From Pocillopora damicornis (lineage: Eukaryota), in assembly GCF_003704095.1 (NCBI RefSeq), contig NW_020847516.1:124001-188000 (forward strand): a stretch of 64,000 nucleotides of DNA, written 5' to 3'. Shown piece by piece: positions 37,811 to 53,579 of this stretch. A model generated the notes under the pieces. The model saw only the letters and a list, made by a program, of their open reading frames with translations. It did no database searches and had not been told where the DNA came from. The translations under genes were made by a program, and so were the position numbers. The first letter of the stretch is position 1, and each line of letters begins with the position of its first letter.

Positions 37811-40300
37811 TTTGAGAGAACACTAAAAATTCGGCGTACGTTGCATCTTGGGATATCCGGCAACTTCTCCGAATATTTGTCAAGCGTTGATTGGCTGATT
37901 ACCTTTCAACGAGTCTAAAGTTGATTGTCATTGCAGGCGGGCTTTTTAAAAAACATCCCGTCCTTTAAACATTCTGAAAGGTACGAAATGGGATTAAAGT
38001 ACGATGCCTAGAGCTGGATATGCTCTGTTTTCGTAGTTGGGATAAGGGCCAAGTACGTCGCGCAAGTGGAAAAAAAAGAAATAACTAAATAAGTGAAATT
38101 AAAAAAATTGGTATAAGTGCGCCTTGCAGAACTCTGGGAGTGAAGCGCACGAAAATTTCTCACTGTCTAGAGATGGGAAGGTTATGTGCCAAGTGGTGAG
38201 TTACCTCAAGTCATGATTTGAAAAAATTCAATTTCCTCAGAGTATGAAAAATTTGAAATATAGACCAAAATGATCCCCGGAAACTAATAAAAATTGAAAT
38301 GGACCTTTTCCAGTGAAAGTAAAAAGTATGCACATAACAATCATCTATTCGTGTCGAATTGAATGCTATCAATTTCTACGTCTTCCACAAGTGATGACGT
38401 CAATGGTCAACAGCAGAAGACTATCAATAACATCCATGCCTTAAACATCGTTTTAGTAGTTGGAAAATAGTGTTGAGTTGAATATATGTGGTTTCAGTAG
38501 GGTAGAAGTATATTATATAAGGTGCCCCATAGTATTATCTAGAAATGAAACATGTCTGTGAACTTCGAAGTCTTATAGCAAATTTTTACGGTCAATTAGC
38601 CAGTCACAACAACTCGCCACCACCATTTAGAGTCAAATCGCCATCGGTGGCAAATTTATTGGATTTCACCGTGTTTGCGTGCACTTTTAATTTTGCATCA
38701 CTAAAATTAAAAAAGAAAAAAAAAACAATAATGTAGAAGGTCGTAGCTTTTCTATGACGTAAGTTCCGTTAGACTTGGTTTCGAATTGCGTTGATAAGAA
38801 TGAAACTCGCGTTAAAGGTCACTTCGGCACTCCTTGGGCATGACACAAAGAAAGGACGGAAAGCCACGTCTGAAAAATTTCGTACTTGTACGCGCCTAAC
38901 TTTGCAACATACTACTACATCATAACTTGTAAGTTTTAGACGAGTTCATAACCATCGGCAAAAATCACCCGCCGAAATTCATTCTGGTTTTGCTGCACCT
39001 AAACTGATTATAATCTTCGAAGTATCTTCTTGCTTTTAGACCTTTGAATGGTTATTGTTCCATAATCAAGACACCACACACAGCTTCTGAGTGAATTTGC
39101 CACTGATGGCGAGTTGACCGGATACCGTACCAAAACTTGTTTTGTAAAGATTAACTCTTCCTGGTAACCTCAGCTCAGGCGGTCTCAAAAAAAAATAGTA
39201 ATGATAATAATAGTAAAAAATAATAAAAAATAGTAGACTGCGTTCATCAAATTTTGATCCAAATCTTTCCTCGCCTGCACAAGCCAAATTAAATTATTCC
39301 TATGTCACGTTTCGCCTCACGTAAAGTCGCTCGATAAATATTTCCATTGTAATGCGATGATCATTGTTTTTTAGGTTTTCTCCCGCTCGCATCTAATAAC
39401 AAACCCCTAAATTTTTTTCATTGATTTAAATTAAAAATGTGTGACAGCGAATTCGACAAGTTTTCTTTAGCCAGAAAAGCACAGAATTACTTTTGTCCGC
39501 TATAAAAGTGCTGCCAATAACACGAGATAATTCTATGATGATGGCGTCAGGCCCAGGGGAATTTGGGGCAAGGAATTACCACAGTGTAAATCAACTGTGT
39601 CTACACCTAATTGAGTGAGAGAATATGTGAGTGACTCATTTGCATATCTGAGTCCCATAAAAACTTTTTTCTACACTTCGCGTATCCAAAAGTTTAATAT
39701 GGCAGAGGGATACGGGACTGAAAAAGCCTTTTTTGGGCTTCCTGTATTCTACATGAGTGTTTGGAACATGAGATGGCCAGTAAAGGGTCAGGTCTGATCA
39801 GTAATTTGTACTGTAATTTGGTATCTGCCAGTTGGCTTCATCAAGTCACAAACTAGATAAATATGTACTGTTTGAAAAGAAGTCAAAATCTCACATTTTC
39901 CTCCTTATAATGATACTCGTGTATGGCTAGCCCTTGAATGCAGTAATTCAGAGCCAACAGGGCATAAGTTGAGTGAAAGTTTACTTCTTGATCACAATAG
40001 TACATGTATGTACATTTCACTAACACTGCTCCTTGAAAGCATTCTGCTATCATTACTGTAAGGATCTAGCCATAAGCAACTTGTTTACTACATTAATCTA
40101 GCCTCATATATAAATTATATATATATATGTAGGATTTTTCCAGAGATGGATGTGTATGATAGTATCTATGACATGTACATGTTGATTAACACGGCCTGTA
40201 ATATGTTGAAAACGCATATTTTTCACAGCTTGAGGCTGGAATAAAATGAACCAATATTACAAAAACAGTTTGTACTTCAGTTTTTATGTCATGATTGTTT

Positions 40301-43847
<3,547 letters not shown>

Positions 43848-43895
43848 TCAAACGAGTCTTTCCTCTGTCCTTGCAGTTCAAGATGGCGGGTGTTA

Positions 43896-43909
43896 GTTGC
43901 TATGACGAC
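43896..43909. promoter_or_regulatory. RFX X-box in the ROPN1L/TTC23 bidirectional promoter
   Basis: GTTGCTATGACGAC is close to the palindromic consensus GTTGCCATGGCAAC and lies between two divergent ciliary genes. Confidence 0.7.
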
Positions 43910-43963
43910 GACAAGCCTAACTCCCATTATGCTTAGCGCGGAAAAAATTCAGACTTGGAAAAC

Positions 43964-46900
43964 ATGGTGGTTGATGTCAACAGGGTTAACTGGAGTGACT
44001 TCGGAAACTCTGATCCCAGGGTAGGTTATCTCAGACGATATTTAACTATACTGTCTTTGTCTCTCTTTGAGCTTGTTTACGCTTGAAAATGCATTCTAAG
44101 TTTGACAAGGCGTAAAATTCGATGGAATTAGAAGTGTCGTCGGTCGCAAGTAAAACTGCAAGTGATGCAAGTGGTAGCAGAACAGACACGGCAAGCGATG
44201 ATGAGGAATCTTATCAGACAGGTGTGATGGTAGTTTTTGCTCCTATCTCCACTGTAACACTTCATTAATCCCTCCCTCTTCTCTTTGTAACCCAAAATAT
44301 TTCGTGTTGTTTCCACTCTTCTATCCTAGAACATACTGTACGTACTGGTCAGCGGTTTGAAGCGTAATAAAATTACCTGTAGTTCACTAGTAGATCCTCA
44401 TATTCTTTAATCAAACCTGAAAAATGTAGTGAGAGCTTGAACAATTGCCAGATCAACAGAAATATGTCATCCCAGAGGTGATCCACATTCCATCTGCATC
44501 TGATAACAGCCCAAAGAGTTCAGGAATTGCCGTGTATAAATATTCCTCCTCTGAGGAATCTGATCATGAAGAATGCTATGAAGAGGGAAATTATCCTTCA
44601 GGATATGTTAGAGGTATATTACGCACTTTGTTATGATATGTGTACACCATTCAAAAATTTCAAAACTTTTTAAATTCTATTTTCTTTTCTATTAAAGATT
44701 AAGATAATGAGTGAAAACAAAGTAAAGAAATAGATGAGTGAAAGGAACACTTGTTTAAAAGTTTTGACATCAAGGAAAAAAATATGGCCACAACATTTAT
44801 AATAGATGATAATGTTAACTAAGAACCAAGACAAAAGTTTGTTAGATTGCCTTCGAAAAGGGATTTGTGACCTGTTTTTTTTTTCAAAAAGGGATTCAAT
44901 TGAATTGAATAGAAATAAAGCTTTTAGTCACTACATTTGACATCCTCTTAATTCTTGAGAGATATTGCTGAAAGCTTTTTTTGTTAGCTAGCATTTATTT
45001 GCTTGATACATTTGCCAGGTAAACTAAGTTATATTGCAGAGTAAGGCAAGATACAACGTTCATTGTTGAGGAGTTGTAATGCATGATGTACCCACAATTC
45101 TGTTGCCGTGGAAACATCAACAGTCAAAATAATATCTCTCTACACAAACTATTGATTCAAGGAACCAGCTCAACTGATTTATGTTAACAGTAGACAAAAC
45201 CAATCATTATAATTTAGAGCAATCCTTCAGATTTTAATTTTTTGATAAGATTTGTTGCATTTGATTAGGTTTGGCCCCACCCCAGGTTTTGCTTAAAAGC
45301 TACAGAAGGCAAGCACGGGAATTTGCCAACAATGGAGATGATAGAGCTGTACATGATCGAATCCGATGTGTAGCTTTAACCAGAATAATTTATGGGGATA
45401 ATCACTGGAAACTGGCTAAAGCTTACTCAAAGCTTTCACAGACATATCTAGAGCAGAAGGGTAGGTTCTGTGAAATTTTTCTGATCAGTAATGTTTAGGA
45501 TAAACTATCCTCTACTAACACATCAATTTTGAGATCTAATTTTGAACATATAAGGTAAACCTAAATTTGTTTTTAATATTTTGAAGAGAGATTTTATCCA
45601 TTTATTTTCAAGTCATTGTCTACTTGTTGTCAGGAATGGCCCAGCAAGCCCTGATTCATGCTGGAAATGCTCGTGATGTGTTACTGGCAGCAGATGCAGT
45701 AAAACATCAAGGAAGACAGATTTATGACAGATCTGATGTGCTTCCTGTTATGGAATTGATGTATCTTGTGATGGGACAAGCTCAGATTGCCTTGAAGAAG
45801 TAAGTGCAATGTACATGCAGTAGGTGAGTTTGCTGCATTGCTTTCCCAAGCCTCTTGCACCACCTGATTTTCCCACAGAAAAATTATTTGCAGTCTGTTT
45901 TGTTTTCTTAAAGTGTGGTTGAGGTATTCCAGCTGAAACTGCAACTTGTTCCACTTTCTGAAGCTGACAGAGTTGAATTTTAGATTTTATCAAGGTTGGA
46001 AAAGCAAAAATAAAGAGGGATTTCCTCCCACTGAAATGGCAAATTATCATCAAATGACTTGCACAGTAGAGCTGTATTGAAGTAGAAATTAAATTTTGAT
46101 TGAACTTACTTAGCAGTGATTGCAATTAAATGACTTGTTATGCTTCTAACTCACAATTAGCATACAGCAGACAGTGTAATATTTTGTTTGTGTGAAACTT
46201 GCAAGAAGCATTTAAAGGTAATGTAGCATTAAGATGTAGGAGAAAAGAATAGTGCATTTGCTTCTTTACAGCACACAGAAGGCTGAGAACAGCTTTAAGA
46301 AAGCAGAGTTAGTATCACGAGAAAGAGAAGAACTAGGGCCAAAACATCAGGACCCTAACAGACGGCTTCAAATATTGATGGTCCTTGGTCGCGTCAGTCT
46401 TAAGACTCACAAAACAGGACATGCCCTGGAATGCTTTGAAAAGGTAGCAGTTTCAATTTATGGTCTTACTTAAACAGTAAATGAATAAAATTATGAAAAG
46501 CCTTGATATAAGAACCTAATTTTTACTCTTGGTCTCAATAAGCCAATACACAATTCTGTATGTTTCACATTACAGGCATTAGAGGTTGCTCAGAAATATT
46601 ATGGAGCTGAAAGCAAAGAGTTGATTCCAATTTACCAAAGCCTGGCACGTGCGGAAGGAAGTCATGGTGACACAGCCAGCAGAGAAAGGGCATCAAAGTT
46701 GTTAATGCAAGCTCATGATATCAGCAAATCAAAGTAATGTCTGAACACAAATATTGTTGCCAATCATGAGGCAAGTTTGTTTAGTTTTATCATCTTCTGT
46801 AAAAAAAAATGTTTTTATTCATATTTATAGATTTGGGGAAGATTCAATGGAAGTTGCAGACTCTTCATTTGTTATGGCCATAAGTTACACTGATGATGAT

Positions 46901-48611
46901 GAAAGCCTAGATAAAGCCAAGAAATACTTGAAGGATGCCATAACTTTATACATGAAGCATAGAGGTCCATATAATAACTCAACTATAAAGGCCCAGGTAC
47001 AGTTTAAAGTCATCTCAGTACATATTGTTGTATTTTGTTGTATCTCTTGTAAAGGTAACCTAGACACATAACTGAGATCTTTCACTGCAGAAATACTTTT
47101 ATCAAGTTGCAGTTTGAAATAAAATCTCTGGTCTTTTCTCGCTCATTTTAAGTTTCACTTAAAAATTTTATGTTGTCTTTGATCCAAAATATTTCAAGGG
47201 TTTTCAGCAACTTCATGATTGTTATTCATGTCTTTTAGCTATTGTAACAGTGCCTGTTGACCAATGAGAGGACAAATAAACTTGTTATTTCATAAAAATC
47301 ATTATCAAATTTTTAGTTGGAGAAAATCTTTATTTTCTTAAAAGGGAAGTGAGCATAGGTAACAATAATATTGTTAATACCAACAGCTTAATATGGTTAT
47401 TATTTGTTTAGCCAGCAGATAGAAGGTTGGTAATATTATTGTAATAAATCAGTAACTTGATTGTTCTTGTATGTAAACAGATGTACAAAAGTAAAACTTT
47501 TTGCAACAACTGACTTCTGGGAAATTTTTCCACTTTTATTGTAAGTTTGCGTTTTTTTTTTTATTAGGATGAGCTCAGTCGTTTGTTAATTCGTGATGGC
47601 AGTCTGGAGGAGGCAGTGTCGCTTCAGAAGTCAGTGGCAGAAGCTAAGACAGTGGTGTATGGTGACCCAAGTGAGCAGGCTGCAGCTTCATACCAGTTGA
47701 TGGGTAGTATAAGACTGAAACAAGGACGAACACAGCAGGCTTTGAAATGGCTCACCAAGGTAACACCAAGTTTTAATCTATGTTCTTCTTTGTTTATTGG
47801 AGCTCTAGGATTGGTTACCATAATTTACCAGTTTTTCAAACTTTTTCAGATATTATAGCCATGGACATTGTATTCCTCATTATTTAATATAATTTGTTTT
47901 GTGTGTTTACCTGTTAGGCGCACAATATGCTGAGTGCAACATTAGGAAAGAGTCACAAGAGAACAAAAGAGATGGCAGACACCATTAGCCGCATAAAGAT
48001 GTAAGTTGTGTGGAGTATTAGAGACTTGTAGACTGGAGAATTCTTTGAGCAGGCGATTCGTATGTTCATAAATATTTTTCTTTCATGAGATAAAGGATCC
48101 AAGGAAACCACAAGAAGTTCTTTTTAGATAAAAGGCACTACCAAAAACTTTTCTTGTTCGGTAAAGTATCGAAAGAGCTTCATAAGAAATGACTTTTTTC
48201 CCTGTAAAGAAATAGACTCTGCATCTCTTTTCGGACTGAAGAATATAACCACCATTCTTAGAACAAATTGAATATATCCACCCTTCCATTTGAGGGTAAT
48301 GAAAGTTTCGAACTCAGAAAGTTTCCATTTCTAACAGGAGCACGTGCAGTCCCTCATTGTCAGTTGACATCAGCCAACACTAAGGGTTAGTCGTTCCTCC
48401 CGTTGCAAAGAGCTTTAGGTTAAGTAATTGTGGAACAAGGAAATGCCTAAAATCTTAGTGGTTGAATACGTGCAAATATCTTCATTTCAGGTCGCCTGAT
48501 GCTCAAAAATTCCTAAGTGCAGAAGACAAACTGAAGAAGAGACCAAGGTTCACTCAAGTCGTGGGTAGATCTAAACCCTTGGGGTACTCATCAACCCCTT
48601 ACGGGGATTAA
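43964..48611 (+). CDS. TTC23: Tetratricopeptide repeat protein 23 / 23-like; 5' exon structure uncertain
   Basis: AVHDRIRCVALTRIIYGDNHWKLAKAYSKLSQTYLEQKG resembles the recalled TTC23 block RCVALTRICYGDSHWKLA. TPR-like exons follow at ~45633, 46272, 46578, 46831, 47568, 47919; the last exon 48491-48611 is in frame. Confidence 0.85.
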
Positions 48612-49531
48612 CTTCATTCGTGTAACGCTGAGTGGAACCAGGGATGACAGAAATGCGAATGCTAAATGTATATATTGCACAGAACAATCTATATAACTGT
48701 AAATTGTCTAAACCAACATGAAGGAAAATCACGATAGAGCGTGCCATCTTGTGTCAGTAACGTCTTTCTTTCTTCGTATTTCGAAGTTCCCTTTCTTACA
48801 TTGTCTTAACTCTTTTTTCCATGAACCGCACCTTTCATTCCCATTTAACTATTCTCTTGCAAACCAGTGCGCCCATATGCTGCTTATGAATAAGATTACT
48901 GTGGTCGAAATTCTTCAGTCATTTCATCTCTTGAAAAGGAATATCTTTACCTACCATTGACCATATCCTAGAGCACTGCACCAGAATGGCATGTTGAAAA
49001 AATCAAATCCTGTAAAAGCTCTCTATTTTTCATTATTTTTAAGTGAAATAATACAAGTGAGTTACTGTTCGTTCTATCCTTTTTTCGTCTCTATCATCAC
49101 ACGTCAATTTTATTTATCTATTATCTAATTTAACGCCATGACTTTCTTTTTTCGTCTTGGTTTAATCAGTCAAGCGCTGGAACAAATGAGCTGATCATAA
49201 TTTATTTTCAACTGAATACCTAAACAATATTACAAACAAATCTTTGGTAAGAAATGTGAACAATTGAATGTTTGCCAAAAGGGTTGATTGTTTTCACAAA
49301 ATGTGAAGATATCCTCTCCAAATCTACTGTTTAAGGGCTTTAATAGGGAGAAAAGTAATGTAAGAGGCTTAGTGATACGAGCTGCCTATTGCTTGCTCCG
49401 CGTCGCATGAGTAAATGTCATGAAATGCTTTCTTAGATATTTTCAGGAATTTGAGGAGAGAAATACATGGCGATGTCTTTGTAGTTGATGTGTGTCAATC
49501 CAAATTGACTATAATACATTTCACCGTTAAG

Positions 49532-49750
49532 ATGGTTGTCATTTTGAAGGTGAAAATGGCATGATGAGGTCACCAAGACAACTCAACTGAATAACATGAG
49601 AGAGAGCGAGGAAGTCAGAATCTTGTCGAGCTTCACCACTTGTTCCGGATGGGCATAGACTGAACTTAAACAATGCAAAGAAATCGTTACAGGGAGAGTT
49701 GGGCAAGCAGCTTTACACGATTGAGAAAGCATACAACTGCCACCCGGCGT
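49532..49750 (+). pseudogene. Decayed CUB-domain-like exon
   Basis: After an AG acceptor: GCHFEGENGMMRSP...*...ESCRASPLVPDGHRLNLN...YTIEKAYNC, resembling the CUB pattern, with stops and a frameshift. Confidence 0.35.
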
Positions 49751-50329
49751 TTCCCTCCAACAATAACAATAATAATATTATTATTATAATCATGATCATT
49801 CCACCTATCAAGATCAGGACTCAAGACAGAGATTCTACGGGAATTGACTCAGAAAACAAACATAGCTTAGAATTTGTCAACAGACCGCAACTTCCCCAAA
49901 CAATTACTAGGCTGTCACTTAAAAAAAAAGACTGAGGTACCGAAAAAATGGCTATAACTGCATCTTCAAAAGGAAAGATGTTCTTTGTGAACTAAACATC
50001 CTCTTTCTTCAGATATATACCACAAGAGTGCAATCCGAAAACCATCTCCCTTGTGCGAAAGTGATTGATGTCGAATTGGGTGGCCTGATCACTTTACTTC
50101 TATTACTAAGGGCATGTATAACGAGCCGTCCCTTTTGTTGTGTTTTAGAAAAGGGATACATTTTAAAAGCGTAAACAAACCTTTAATCGTTGAACACACA
50201 ACTGCACAAATTACACGGTCAACCGAATATCTGTATAGGTAACATTAAGTAACGAAAAGTGATAATACTAAATGCAACACAAATGAATAGTATGAACAAG
50301 AATGTACAACCAACACCAAGTTCGTGTTC

Positions 50330-51027
50330 TATTTACAATCAACACTACACCTTTGGTTTAGAGAGAGTATCACGGAGGAGAAATTCAATTTCAAGTTCAG
50401 ACTTCTTGAACTTATTCTATGGTATTCCTTGTATGGCTCTTAATTAGCAGGATATTGTTTCACTGGTACCAGTCGATATATCACCATTCCACTGTTTGAA
50501 TAAGTCGGTCAGAAAATTATCGTTATGCATAATGCAAGAAGACTGCCAGTGTTACTTTATGTGTTCATTTTTCTGTTTTCTCGCTTTTTCTGCCGTCGTC
50601 CACAGAAACGATTTCATTCTTCTGATTTTTTTTGCTCTTTTCAGCCATGTCTGGCCTAATCCTACAGACTTTTCGGTAATCTATTCTGATTCAATTATCC
50701 GAATTCAATTGCGTTTGCTACAGGCTTTGGCGGATAGCACAGTGTCCCGGAGAAAAGTTTACAGACTGTTGGCTTTCGGAGACAGAAATTCTCTCTTATG
50801 TTTTCCTCAGAGTAGTATTTTTGTTGCAACGTGTGAAAACTTCGCACTCGATGTTCGTAAGTCCATTTCTGCTTTCTCAGCATATTTTGAATGATCGTAT
50901 TCTTGAGGCGGCCTTCATAATTAACAGCCTCGAATGTGAGAGAACATCTGAAGTTTTTCATCAATATTTTCCGCTTCATTTCATCCTCCACTCTTCTCGA
51001 TCGTTGTAATGGTTTTGTTTTGATCAT
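50330..51027 (-). pseudogene. Long reading frame interrupted by in-frame TAA stops, no recognisable family
   Basis: The 110-aa ORF (51027-50695) continues in the same frame past three TAA codons with protein-like K/E/N-rich composition. Confidence 0.3.
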
Positions 51028-51149
51028 TACGGTCGTTTCGTTTTGATCGTTTTGCTTGTTTCACTTGCTGTCTCGGGTTTTTAGAATATTCCCATTTGGT
51101 TTGCCGCCCTCCGAAAAAAACGTGAAATTACCAAAATTTGCATGATTTC

Positions 51150-51208
51150 AAACCCCGATGGCAAAATAAGTTTTCATACCATGGAAGCTTATTTTGCCAT
51201 CGGAGTTT
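51150..51208. repeat. Inverted repeat / hairpin
   Basis: AAACCCCGATGGCAAAATAAGTTTTCAT-ACC-ATGGAAGCTTATTTTGCCATCGGAGTTT. Confidence 0.85.
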
Positions 51209-52183
51209 CAGTGGAACTTTCAGGGAAGTTTTCTTACAAATGGTACTGTTGAGATTTGTAAGCTGCCCTGCTGAACATGAGTTTATCCGTTGCAAATGTT
51301 AATATTGCTTCCTTAGTTTGCAATCTTCTTAGGGTTCCGCGCCTCCTTTCCTGCCTTTGGAAGTATTTCTTCCCTCCGATCACTAACACCTCCGCAATCT
51401 TTCTGCCTTATCATTACATTTTCTTTTATCAGCTTTGTGTAAAGTACAAAATGATTCCAAGTAATCAAACCAGTGACAAGCAACTAAGTGATCTTAAAGG
51501 AAAGAAACTAGCAACATGACCCCAAAACTACCAACACACTTCTTCCTAATCAGCGATTGAATTTAAACCTAAAACAATGCTATGGCAAGAGATGTGCATT
51601 GACTCAAGGCAGTGAAACAGGTCAACATATCTCTGAAATAATGTAAATGTATGGCATCTTGTACTTTTCAAGAGGATGGGAGAGGGGGGGGGGTGGGGTG
51701 TCCATCGGGTGTGGTTCATTATCCTTAAAGGAGCAACATTCCTCATCAGATCAAGTCCTGGACCCAAGCTTAAAAATGTCTGCAGAGAAGAGTTTGAAAA
51801 TATACAAACAAAATCTGGAAGACATGAAAAATTGATTTTTGTGCACTTAAACTTCCAACAAGAAGCAGAGCAGTCACATATTCTCCATTCAAGTTAAAAA
51901 TATGGAGTACACTGCACTTAAGTCTTTTCATAGTGAAAAAATCAAACCTCACTTTTTATCGCAAAACAAAACACTTTAACACCAGTAACTACAAAAGTTT
52001 ACATAGGACACACTTAACAAACTTCAGTTTAATACATAAACGAGAGTTGAGAATTTTGTGATAGCAGCTGGACTTAGGCAACTCTCAATCAACATCTCCA
52101 AGGTCTTTTAAGTTGATCACTCTCTTTCATTTAGTTAATGTGAGTGTCATAACTTATGACAACAAATGGCAGGTATTTAACCC

Positions 52184-53319
52184 TTATTTCATTTGTTCTT
52201 TGATGAATTCTTTTGCATTAGAAGCTCCCTTTTTGCCCAACTCCCATGCTGCTACTGGTACTTGCTCCAGTCCCCCAAAAACACTCTGCACTCCACTATT
52301 CCAAGACTGCCTAATTTTTGTAGTTGTTGGAAGCTGTAAAAATACCAGAAAAAATTACCTACATGTTACATTAATTTAAGATGAATTAAAGGATAATTCC
52401 TAAAATGAACCAGTAAATGACTACAAAATTATTGGGTGATTTCCTATGGCTTTACAGTGGTAACACTGCACATGACTCCCAGCATACAGGAAATAACTTT
52501 CACACAGCGGTTAAAAGAAAAGGATTCCATGAGAAAATTTCGAGGTTTTTCAACAGCAGACCCATTCTGTAGACACTCAAACAACCTTTCCCAATTTCAA
52601 TCAACAAGCTTCTGATGCGTGAACTCTTTAATAGTAATAATAGTTTTATATTGGTGTAATTTGAATTCTTCATTACCAAATCTAATTCCATACATATGAT
52701 GTATATAATGTAAACTCACGAATGTTATTTTTCCCAAACAATAATTGGTTCAGACTATTAATGGTTTTTCAGAAACCATCACAATGAGATGTACACATCG
52801 ACGAAGTGCAACATAAGTACTATGATGTATATCATAAATAAAAGATAATGTTCAGTAAGCTTATCTTTATCAGTAATGATGAAAAGCATAGCTCGTGATT
52901 CGTTCACCAGGGGAATCTAAAGAGCTAAGATCCCGAATATACTTAAGTAGACTGTTCCATAAGGAAGTGCCCATGGTATTTGAACGACCGCTTCAAATAG
53001 AGATGTAAGCGAACAATGATACAAGAGAGAGATATGAGTCAACGCTTTCAGCATCACGTTTGCCTACAACATGCACTTGCTGAAAAAAAAATTTTGTAGC
53101 AGTCAGTGCATGTTGTAATCATAGCCCCACTAAATAGAATTATTTGTTTCGGGAACTTACCTCAGGTAAATTAACGGGAATGTTTTGACGAGTTTTACTG
53201 TCAATCATCGAGAGCTGTTTTATTGTGTCGTCTTGTGAACTTAACACTTCTGACAATCCATACAATGCAAGGCCGCCAATAATAAACTTACCAGCAACCT
53301 TCACTAAAGTTACCGCCAT
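52184..53319 (-). CDS. MICOS13: MICOS complex subunit MIC13 (QIL1); exons 53161-53319 and 52184-52333; 102 aa
   Basis: MAVTLVKVAGKFIIGGLALYGL... (N-terminal TM with Gly motif) and IRQSWNSGVQSVFGGL, resembling the MIC13 RDSWN.G motif. Both exons are too short for the ORF track. Confidence 0.85.
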
Positions 53320-53579
53320 CTTTGCTTTCTTCTCGGGTAATGATTTGAGAGGGAGGGGTAGGGTTGACTATTCATGAACCAAAAACTTTATTTAAAGAAT
53401 ACATTTGATACTTTTAAACATTTTCTTTGTTTCAAGTTTATTTTGAATAATGGGTTTGTCGTTTTTCAGGCTTATTTGTCCATTAAACTGAAAATTTTGC
53501 AGTATCTTATATCCGATCTCTTCCTCTCCCTACACGGGTTGAATTAACTGCTTGGCAGCCAAGCCTTACGATCAACAAC

